A stretch of DNA of 63,313 nt, the filler included, from Phoronis australis (taxonomy: Eukaryota; Animalia; Phoronida): NCBI GenBank assembly GCA_002633005.1. It is 6 parts of 6 records of this genome, joined end to end, with 100 filler letters (N's around TTAATTAATTAA, not from the genome) between each part and the next. Parts side by side here need not be neighbours in the genome. Positions count along the whole stretch, not along the records: positions 46,632 to 59,632 come from NMRA01000590.1; positions 59,733 to 63,313 come from NMRA01002227.1; 4 more parts are not named here. One strand, given 5' to 3'. A program made the translations under genes and the position numbers. Shown piece by piece: positions 52,801 through 63,313 of this stretch. Position 1 is the stretch's first letter, and each line of letters begins with the position of its first letter. The notes under the pieces are model-generated. The model worked only from the letters and a program-made list of their open reading frames with translations. It was not told where the DNA came from and did no database searches.

Positions 52801-55800
52801 CACTGATGAACTTTGAAAACACTCTGTGAAAAGAATTACTGGGGCACAACGAAGGTACGTCCCGAGTGACCGGCACTTCTCCTGGATATGTTTTTGCATC
52901 GAGTGACACGAATTAAATGATAAAGTTGCGTGATCTCAGTGGTTTCTCTTAAAAAGAACGAAAAAATAAAACGCTCGCAGTGGATTGACTGGCGTGCAGC
53001 CGCTCAGGCCACTCGAAAATCAGCCACTGGTTGCGATCTAATAGTTTGATATTTTCCCTATCGACTGATTAAATCTTAAAAAACGCCTGTAAGTGCTACA
53101 TCACATGTTTTTGTATGTTTCTGGAAAAAATCATTTTCATCGGCCTTCTTATTTGTTGGATATCGAGCTTTGAAAAGGACAATTTGCCCCGTTTGTTTAC
53201 AAGGCAATTAGCCGTGTCACGTGACTAGTAGCACTCTCCAACATGGTGTCAAGTTGTCAGCGGAGGAGCGCGTGCGCCCGGACTATGTGATGTCTATGGT
53301 CACATTCACTGTTTGGAAGGGCAACATTTTGAGAGGGATTGTTGAGTGTTGCTCAATGCTCAGGACTCGAGAGTTTCAAAATTATGAAGGAATGGAAGTT
53401 TTGGTAAGCAGTTGAACGAATTAGAAACCGGCAACGATGAAAACATTCATGAAAAGAAACCGAACCCCATAAAACGCTTTAATGAGTGGTTCGAAAAAGA
53501 GGCGATAAAAGTACATGTGCACTGTCAAGCAAGAGCAGCATGGTAGTAAGAAAAGGTTCAACAAGTGAAATACAGTTTACTCACTGGAATATGTGCTAAA
53601 TATTAACTAAGCAATCAGGGTATAGACTGGACTGGATTGTTTTGTAAACAAAAGCCAAGAGTGAACGATAGGGCCAGGTGTGTAAGACTAAGGGTTAGGC
53701 TAGTACTGGTATGCAGAATACAATGGCTTATCAATTATGTCATCAAGTTCAGTCAACAGAGATTGCCCTATAGCAAGGGGGTTGGGAGGGTCTATAGAAA
53801 TCAGGGAAATGAAACATAAACAAATGTAAAGAAATGAGAACAATGTAACAAAGGCATGGCTCCAGAATGCTGTTCCCACTTCTTATTAATAAAACTTAAA
53901 TGGGAATTTAAAACAGTGACTTGACATTATTTCATTTGCGAACACCATTCGAAAAATTCCGGATCATCCCAGAATACCAATTCAATCCGACAACATCGGA
54001 CTTGTTTCAGTAAATCTACTTTACAAAGAACAAACACAACATCAAAGCCACCATGGTAGATTCGTCCAGACGTTTATTTTTCACAAAGAAACAATGTTTC
54101 TCTGACTTTAGATGTGGTACAAGTACATAGTCTGTAACATACAATCCCACGTAAACACGGTATACTTTATTTATACAGCCAACAGCATCATGCGAGCACA
54201 AGTGATTATCAAACATACTTACGTTTTTCTTCACCAGGTCTAGGTCCCGAGCCCGACATAGTGCACCAGTAGTCAAATAAGTGTTGTACTAGTGGCTCTG
54301 TATAAGATTTTGCACAGTGGGAGGTACACACAGGCCTGTGTTATGCTGTTTTGGTACCGCTGTTTTAACATGGGAATGTCATTGACCCTATAATCATAGA
54401 GGAAGTTCCCTTATCCCAGTGATTGGAAAAGTTTTTACTAAAATTTTAAATGTTCGCCTTACTGATTGGGCCATCACTATGAGTTATTTTCAAAATCCTT
54501 GTTCGATTTGTATTATGTATTGTTTTTTTAAGTTTAATGGAAATGTAGCTGGGGCCCCAACCACAGCTTCACCCAATTTTCACTAATAGTATGATTTCTG
54601 GGTGAATAAATGTAATAAACATCACTTGAAACATTAATTAACCTTGAGTTTGAGCTTCATGAGTAGATTCACTACTTTGGCAACACTGTTTGAATCCATA
54701 ATTTTGGCTTTCAGTCACAATTTAACAAGAATATGTGTACATTTATTAGGGAAGTTAAAACATGATTTTATTCAAAGCATTGTAAATGGCCGTCTATGAT
54801 TGTCAGCATGAAGAAAGCATTCCAAATATACGCCGTGCTATTACCAGCTGCTCGTCACTAACAAATCCCAACAATGTCTATCTCGTCCACATTATTCCGC
54901 GCGAATTATTTTCGCGGAATTGTAATGTCTCGTGGGATACTACTTCATCTACGCCACTCTCGGTACGTTTTGTGTATTTATCGACAATGGCACTTTCTTT
55001 TTGAAAATATCTAACCAGCTGCTGAAAATGCCGACACACGATCACTATCTACATACCTTCACTCGTTCGTTACTAACACTTCCAACAATGTCTATTAACC
55101 CGTGTCACTATACATGTATGATTTTCACCGACAAAGACAGTTTCTTTTTGAAGTTGCAAACCAGTTTTCGTCGAAATTCAATCACTAATATGCATACCGA
55201 GATTGTAAAATTGGATCTATTGACGTGCTGGGAGATGTTGAGAGCGATAAAAATGAAGTGGAAAAAGAACATCAAACACTATCCAAGTTATTGGAAGTAT
55301 TGTCGCAATAAGTTCGCAAATAGCAACGGTCGTTGACAATGTGTCTGGGCGTGATAAGATACGTATCGATGGACACGGTGTAAACTGCAATCGAGTTGTA
55401 CTCGTGAGTGCACACAGAGTCGTCACAAAACATGACACGTGGCCAAAAGTTATATAAACTAATGATTACAAACAAAACTGGATTAATTGACAAGTACGCA
55501 ATTTTCATTGGCTTACATTCCTCAAATTTTAAGATAATTCAAATAGTGAATCAAATGCCTTTTCATGTTTGGCGATATATCACTCCCGACTCAATATACA
55601 GTGTACATGAAGTGGATTCCAAATACGTTTCGCCATGTTCATCTCGCTAAAAACGACAATCGAATTTGGCTTTTTGCTCACGTGTAATCGGTATCTCATT
55701 GCCTGTTACATCGATAGGATTCCGCTTCTACCAAATCACGTCTCAGACAATGCTTACGTAAAGCAATGTAGAATTGGAGTTTTATGGTTGGCGTATCCCA

Positions 55801-57029
55801 TTAAACTATGAAGCATTTCTTCTGTCGCTGATGGTTTCGATGTTCGTGTTCGTAAAAGAAGAAAGAGTTCTTCCACGATAAGGAGTGTTATGAGGCTGAT
55901 TTGATGAGAGTGAAAGACCGAATTTAATTTTGGCTATATTTTGGCCAGCGACGGAGTCCGAAATACATGTACAACTCTGAAAATTGGACCAAAGATGCTA
56001 GTCAGATAATGCAATGTAAGTGCTGAACAGCATTGGTTAAGGTTCCCACACCGTTTGAGGGCGTTTTCTAAAATTCGTGAAGATAGCGACAATACGGTTT
56101 ATTACCTTAAGAATTGTAATCAATATTTGCTTGAGCAGTCACACGGAAAGAGCCGTGACTGCATATTTTTGCCATTTATGATATGGATCATCTGCACTAG
56201 TGTGCACCCAACAACCTGTCTTCGTAAGATAACGATACTCATACATGTATAATTCGCGTGAAAGAAATAAAATGCCGCCCTTATTTTAGCTTCATGGCAT
56301 CGACAGGGATCGATTTTCTCCCGCTTTGTGACACCCGGCCCTGGCATCGCAGTGTGCGAATTTTTCTTCACCGACATTGGGAAATGTATGGGACATCATA
56401 TTCTTCATTCATGGTATTTTAAGAGGTTTTCATTTTCCATAACCCATTAATACATCCCGCCGAGCAGCAGTGAATATTTCCGTGAGTATATTGTAGGTTG
56501 TGTTGAGTAATAAGATAGATGACCATTTAGTTATACATTTTCTGGGTATACATGTATATCCTTTTGGAATTAGAGTAATAACTCCTTGTTGTTGGCGCGC
56601 TGGTAAAACGCTACGCGTAAACTATTGTTAACGGATCTTGATAGAAAAACTGAAAGTCTTCCTAAAGAACTTGAAGAACTCAACGGAAAACCCATCCAAA
56701 CCTGCCGCTTTATTAGTTTTCATATCCTTGAGTGTAAAATAGGCCTCAGTTACTGCCTTCAAGCATTTCACGTTTTGTATTAGTCAATTTCGGAATAGCG
56801 AAATGAGAGAAAGTTGTTGGAGATCAACGTCATTCAACTTATCTTTGAAAGAATATAAACTTTTGTAAACATTTCCAATTTCACTTGATAGCTAAAGGCT
56901 ATTAAGAATGACTATTAAGCAATATTATGCACTAAACATGAAACACTAATTTCTATACGTATCGCGACAGTCAATAAACTATAATAAGAAGGTAAACTTA
57001 AGTCGATATTATCCCAATATAAGATAACC

Positions 57030-58206
57030 AATAGGCCTTTTGCGAGTTTATAACAATAACGCGAGATTATGTGAGACTTAACTGTGACGTCACGGGAAGT
57101 GGGGCAAAAGCTTGTCGTTTGGTCATTTGCCCAATACGGTAGCAGAGTGTATTCAGTTATTGTCTTCGAGTTTTTAGCCGTTTAGTTCGAAAAATGCCCA
57201 AAAGCATTGCTGTTATGGCAAATGAACTTCAGATTCGCATTACAATACGTTCTATCGCGCTCTGTACTAATTTCGTCAAGTGTATTTTAAACGGGCGGCA
57301 GGCGAAATCCGCTCACTGGTAAAGTTTTCACCTCGTCGAAAATACATTATACACCTAAAATTAGCACCTAAAAGGCTCTTACTTTCTTCAGTGACTCTTT
57401 CTGCTCCTAAACATATCTTCGATGAAGCACATATACGGGAATTCAGGTCACTTAGGCGAAGAATTCCAACTCCACTTTGTTGTTACTGTTAACTTTGTCC
57501 GCGCGCGCGATTACCACAATCAAATATTTCAACTGATTCAGGTGAGTATGAGGCAAAGGCTAGCGCGAGACTGAGCGAAGCGCGAGATCTGGCGCGTGAC
57601 CTGGCGCGTGACAATTGCAAAATAGCATGAGAAAATATCAAGTGAAATTTGTAAGATTTGTGTCCCTTGGCCTTTTTGTTCGTCAACAGGCGTGATTTCA
57701 CGTAACTTCCTCAAAATGTCGGCTCTTTAGTGAGAGAAACTCGAGAGAACCGCGAGGTTTTCATGAATATGCTCAAGTTATTTGTAGACTAAATTGTGTC
57801 CAGAGTCAGGGTATGTGTTAATTTGACTTCATGTGCACATATGCATGTTTCATTTGATTTCATTTGCTGTATTTTGAAGTGAATATCTTTTTATGGGGAT
57901 TCACTATCGCCCCTGTATGCCTGCGCCATTCAGGCCTAGAGCGGGTTAAGTTCCAATTTCAGTCCGTTCACAGCTTCGCACAACATAACAAGGTCACATT
58001 TTCTTCGTCTATTCACAGTTATTCCACGACCCATCTACCCTATCTTAAGTTGTTTTAACGTTTTAAGCGTAAATTCACCATAAGAACTCCAGTAAGTTTT
58101 AGCGTGTGTAGCAAAGACTCGGGGCAAAACAAGAGCAATATGTCGGGTTTTGCCCCCTTTCCGGTGACGTCACAGTGACTAGCGAGAAACTCGCAACTGA
58201 GCTATT
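57030..58206. mobile_element. ~1.2-kb non-autonomous DNA element with inverted termini and subterminal repeats
   Basis: AATAGGC..TTGCGAGTTT / AAACTCGCAA..GCTATT termini, plus TGTGACGTCAC.GGAA..GGGGCAAAA mirrored at both ends. Confidence 0.65.
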
Positions 58207-58569
58207 GAGGGGGGAGTATGACCAGCCACCTCAGCACACCGCTATGAAAGTACATGTATTGTTCAAATCTCCAGTCAGATCCGTAAATGTTATTCATATA
58301 GCCGCCACCCTACTGTCATAAAGAAAACTAAATCTCTGACAATCAACGCACACAGAGTAAATCAGTAGTAATAGGCCTAAGCTCAAAAATCAGTTACGAG
58401 CCGTCTTTAAATAGAAAAAAATCACCCCCCCCCCTCCCCAATAATTAGTAGTTTTCTTATATTGAAAATGTGATGAGTTCGGTGTGACCTCCAGCCACCA
58501 TTCCGGTATGTGTAGGTCAATATTGGAAAATAGGTTCGTCATTGGTCTATAGAGGCATTGTAGTATAAG

Positions 58570-59090
58570 ATGATCACTTACTTAGAAACGTGGTAAGTTG
58601 GTTGTAGACTTTTCGACCTGGTCCGCCAGGTCTTTGTCAATGAATGAGGGATTTCCCGCCTTTCGCTGGTTAAGAATGTTGGAATATGCGGGGGGTATGC
58701 GGAGACCTCGGTCACGGTTCAAGAGGGGGCGCTGACTGCTGATGTTATGGACTCCTTGAGCTTACGGGCATACCAATTTTGTTCTTTTGCTAGGATACTG
58801 GATGACGCAAGAGTGATGGAATGTCCAGTCACCAATATACATGTAAGTTCCCTCACAGCTGTTGGTCTGTCTAGTTTCTAATGTTCTTTGAATCTGGAAA
58901 GGAAAGGCCTCTTGGTTTCTCCATTGTAGGTGTGGTTGGGATCCTGGTCACAGTTCAGCTGTTATATGACCCCGCATTGTTTAGCCATCGGGGTTTGGTG
59001 TTATTCAGGTACGAGGGGGTTTGGGGACTTAATGGTTATGAGCATGCTTCATACCTGCAGGATTGTGGATTTGCCCAACATTGTGTCGAA
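58570..59090 (-). mobile_element. Penelope-like retroelement 3' relic (GIY-YIG endonuclease, disrupted)
   Basis: Minus-strand translation CGVI*QLNCDQDPNHTYNGETKRPFLSRFKEH*...TGHSI...ILAKEQNWYARKLKESI...PLLNRDRGLRIPPAY follows the PLE GIY-YIG pattern, with stops and frameshifts. Confidence 0.85.
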
Positions 59091-59240
59091 CATTAACTAG
59101 CTGTCATGGACCGCCAACTCCGTATACTTTCAATGGACGAAATCTGTGAGCTTGCGCACAAGCCCTTACGTCATTATTCACTGGCGACACCTGGCTAAAT
59201 TATCTGGTGTAATTTCCGGCAAGTACGTCGTCTGCTAATC

Positions 59241-59462
59241 ATGGTCGGCTGCCGCTGTGTGGCCGGTTGTTCGGCTACGCAGGCGAAATGCAGAGGCGTT
59301 AGCTTCCATAGTGTACGGATTCCAAAATCCGCTGTGGGAGAAAAAGTTATGTTCTCGCGTCGACGTGAATGGAAGTTGTACTTCCAAAAAAACTTGTACA
59401 TTTGTTCACGTCACTTCGAAGATGGGTGTTTTTTAGGAGGCTCTGGTAGGCCTACTACTTAA
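59241..59462 (+). pseudogene. THAP zinc-finger N-terminus of a decayed DNA transposase
   Basis: MVGCRCVAGCS...GVSFHS...P...W...LYICSRHFEDGCF carries the THAP C2CH signature. No catalytic domain before the gap. Confidence 0.75.
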
Positions 59463-60871
59463 TCCTGTCTTCACAAATCCATTTTTCTTTTCTGCGTTTT
59501 GATGAAAACTATCTGGTAAACTTTTTGACGAAAAATGTCCGCTAAATTTCTTCCAATGGTAGTGACTGGTGAACTCTTGTCCTTACGAGGACCTTCAGCC
59601 ATAGTCTAGTGAGCGAATTAACCAAATTACTCNNNNNNNNNNNNNNNNNNNNNNNNNNNNNNNNNNNNNNNNNNNNTTAATTAATTAANNNNNNNNNNNN
59701 NNNNNNNNNNNNNNNNNNNNNNNNNNNNNNNNCCGCTATTCGCCCTAATTAGCGCCCATGGCTCAACAAGTGCCCCAACGCGTTTTCAGACTTTGCTAAA
59801 GTAAGCGCCCAGCCCATGAACTACATGCGAAAAATGCCCTTACCTACAGTTCTAACGTCTCCAATTTATCAATTGAAAGATCCGACAGCCTGAATTTATA
59901 ACGGACCACGAGCCTCACCGTTATGTCCGTATACACTTCAAACTTACGCCGCCATTCAAAAAGAACGCAGAAGTTTTGCTGCTCTTGCGAGGGATGTGCC
60001 CCACTACGCGGGTCTGGACTTTGACAACAGACACAGCGTACTTGTCAAAGAGCGGGATTGTTTCTTTCCAGTACAGATCTTCTCCGGCCTCAAACTTCTT
60101 TGTGCATGTGAAAACCGTGAATCAAAGACTAATAAAAAAAACTCGACCAGTGTTAGCACGCGACCAAGAAGCGCGCGCTGCATAATGTACCGACTGTCAT
60201 CGAAGATTAATCTGGTAACATAGCATCGGCAAATAAATATTGGCACTAATTTCTGAAAGTTTCCCATACCGTAAAAAGCTTCTGCATTATTTTTAAGAGA
60301 AATTATTTAACTAATCATAATTGGTGTTTTTAAGGTCAAAATGACCCACTTCGCACCCTTACACCCCAAATCTTCCGGGAAATAGCTGTTACACTACGGT
60401 CACGCATCCACTCGACCCGGCGACTCAATGAGTGACATGTCGGTCTTACCGAAAAAATTCTCGAACGTTTTTAGCAGGTGAGGCCAGCAAGTGCTAAGCC
60501 GTAAATATTAAAACACTCTGTGCTTGACTGCTTGACTTATTTTTTTTTTTGGATACAATGCACACCTAGATCATTACATTACTCTGGCAAATGAACTCTG
60601 ACAAGCACACGCACACTTACTCTCACACACACACGCATACAAACTTCAAAACAAACGTCACGTGACAACAACATGTGTTCCCACAGAGATTTTTCTCGGG
60701 TTGCGTGCTACAATCTAGCGTAGATTTGGACTTAATCTGCAGTTAATCCAGACTTCACAAGAACTTAAAAAAATCTTTAGAGACGCTATTTGGAAAACTT
60801 GAGGAGGATTTCAGGTAATTTGTTGAGTCAAAGCTGTATTCTTATTTAAGAATTCAGGCCCTATCGACGAT

Positions 60872-61080
60872 TGCGAGACCAGCAGCTACGCATTTGTCAG
60901 CAAGATTTCGCCCTGGAACTTCAACAAAATTTTATGAAAAATGATCGCAATTTAACAACGAATTTTGATAGCAATNTGCGAGACCGGCAGCTACGCATTT
61001 GTCGGCAAGATTTCGCCCTGGGATTTCAACACAATTTTATGAAAAATGATCGCAATTTAACAACGAATTTTGATAGCAAT
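60872..61080. repeat. ~105-bp tandem duplication
   Basis: TGCGAGACC...GATAGCAAT occurs twice, separated by one N, with a few substitutions. Confidence 0.85.
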
Positions 61081-63228
61081 GCACCACAATTTTGTAGAAA
61101 GTAAATAATAATATTCTGCACGCTTTATCTTAGCGCGTTAATGCATATAGTGTGCGTACGTTAAGTGAGTTGACCCAGAACAGGTGATTGTGCAGAGGCA
61201 TTATCCTCAAAATTGCTCATGTTGGCTTGGTTCTGGTAAAGCGAAAACAAGTTTTTTTTTTCACTACCAACCGCCGTGGAGTATTTGTTACTGTTTCTTT
61301 GAAGGTAGATATTGTTGGGCAGTATCCAAGATACGTTTTCTTGCCGCCCTCAAAATGAGCGCTGCATACTTTATGCTACGAAGTCGGAAAGAATTCACGA
61401 AGTCGGCCTTTGCTACCAGCTCTACCGATGTCTGACCCATGTTTAACGCAGTTCTTGATCCTTGGGAAACAGGTAGTAACTAAATTTTTTATCTCGATAA
61501 CTGGTATTATAGCATGCCAGGCACACAACACGTATAACCTCCCCGTTGCCGGTTCGCCCCCACGCTTGCCGACGTACTTGTTTACCGGCTTAACCACAAT
61601 GCAACATTGTGACCCATTTCCAATATGGCGGCGTTGCAACTCCGCTATTAAACCACTATGCTAAGAGACATGCTTGTTTATGGTCCACAGCGTTCGCGCT
61701 CGAACCTGCTTCTTTCCGTACTCTTAATTACACGCTTTATATTTTGTGCAACCAGTTCGAAGCAAAGAGTGCTTTGTTTAAACCGTGCCCAAAAGACCAA
61801 ATCAATTTGTATTGGCATTAACCACGCGCTTGCTTTGCAAATCGTTTGACAAAGAGAGAATTATGAGTTTCTGAGTGATTCATTGAGACTTCGGTAAAAA
61901 TTAACATCTTACCAGCAGTTTCTGTTTCGTCATCGTCACTCATCTTCCGTTTTCTTTGAAAATGAAGTAATTTCTTCATTGCACAGTGGAACAGACGGCG
62001 GAAACGCAGTGTTAGTGCGGCATTACCTAGCCATAGTTACCGATACGATTGCGCCAGTTGTCTAAATCAGACAGTTGAAATCGGGTCTGAGCACCCCACA
62101 AGCACACACCAGCTAAAACTCCACACACTGTCAAATCTTGTTTTGGCTGTATAATGTTAATTACCNTTTCCTCACGCCTCTTATTTCTCTGCGGTCTCTA
62201 AGGGAAGTTTTATTCTCATCGTCGTCGTCCACATCATTACCAACTATGTACCGGATCTCTTACCTGTTCGACCTGCCACAGCCTCACTTTGGACGAATTT
62301 ACAAATTCCTGTACCTCTTTCTAAATTTGGTTTAGACTGTGTGCCAAAACCCGTTGCAAACAGTCTGCCTTTCAACATAAATGGTAGGCAGCAATATGTG
62401 CTTGAGTATTGTGCCACATGCATACACGTGTCCACTAAAGGGGCGACAATATGTACCATTGTCCCACCAGCATATACTGTCGCCCAGGCCATTACGTGTG
62501 TTGATGTTTGGCGGCATATATTGTCGCCAGGACGACAATGAGTGACGAGTATGACAACATATACCACAACATAGTGTAGGTTCGTAACACAAACACATCC
62601 TTAACTCTTCAAATCCATACGTTCAAGCTAGCCCACTTTCTACCTTTTCATTCATCAACACAGAGTCACACAAGAATCCATGAGAAGAAAGGAATAAGAT
62701 GGAGAAGACAAAAGGAACATATCACTGAAATGCACTTTGATACAATACTTTCAAGATGACTCTCTTAAAACGACATTACACCCAACCTTTCTCTTCAAAA
62801 CCAGATTTTGATTTTGACTATTCACGGGTATAAAAATGTCTCATTCTTAACTCAGAGTTTATACAATGTAAGTTATCACCGTGACAGAAAGTGCTGGATA
62901 TTGATTATAACTTCAGACTATTCGCAGTTCACTTGAGGTAACGGTGTTAAAGTTTCAGGTCAGATTAGAAAATTTGAAATAATGACGTTTAATTGGCCTA
63001 AGCTAATTGCTGTAACCAAATTCACTCATTTGACAAGTAGGCATTATGCCATTTGTGAATCGTAAACATTCTTGGTAACCAAAAAAGCTGTTTTGGACAA
63101 GAGAACTCGTATACAGTCGCGTTGAATTTATTTGCAAATAAATATTTTTGCATTGATATGTCTGTCACAGTATTCATCGTTACAAGTTATAAAAGTTGAC
63201 GTTGCCAGAAGTAAGAAAGAATACGAAC

Positions 63229-63313
63229 TGGCGAATGCTCACTTAGCGAATGCTCACTTGGCGAATGCTCACTTGGCGAATGCTCACATGGCGAATGCTC
63301 ACCCGGCCAATGC
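63229..63313. repeat. 15-bp tandem repeat running off window end
   Basis: Unit GGCGAATGCTCACTT. Confidence 0.9.

Noticed and set aside
60872-61080. 105-bp duplication as a functional array
   Set aside because: Two copies joined by a single N; may be an overlap of two haplotypes in the assembly.

Overview
AT-rich, intron-rich animal genomic DNA (probably a marine invertebrate; inferred from gene content and repeat style). It is a draft scaffold of six contigs joined by identical artificial 100-bp spacers (N44-TTAATTAATTAA-N44). Splicing exons by hand gives four genes. (1) A complete 6-exon PSMG1/PAC1 proteasome assembly chaperone (minus strand, 15060->7798, 279 aa, C-terminal HbYX). (2) The first three coding exons of MADD (DENN-domain Rab3 GEF, minus strand, 43366->34610), truncated. 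(3) The 5' part of a divergent SLC16/MCT-like MFS transporter (plus strand, 16527->22073), head-to-head with PSMG1 and truncated. (4) An unrecognised two-exon 95-aa gene (plus strand, 1644-2724) with a tandem H-x3-C-x-W...IRRC-x-C repeat, missed by the ORF track. The most unusual non-coding signal is a ~660-nt GC-rich, heavily base-paired segment (15178-15838, minus strand, end-closing helix, possible pseudoknot) just upstream of the PSMG1 coding region, probably inside its 5'UTR intron. I could not assign it to any RNA family. The rest is mostly repeats: CA...TG MITEs with 5-bp TSDs, THAP transposase relics (one Kolobok-like), a Penelope GIY-YIG relic with a hammerhead-like hairpin, tRNA-derived SINE pieces and minisatellites. 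All family assignments are from memory of motifs; no searches were run.
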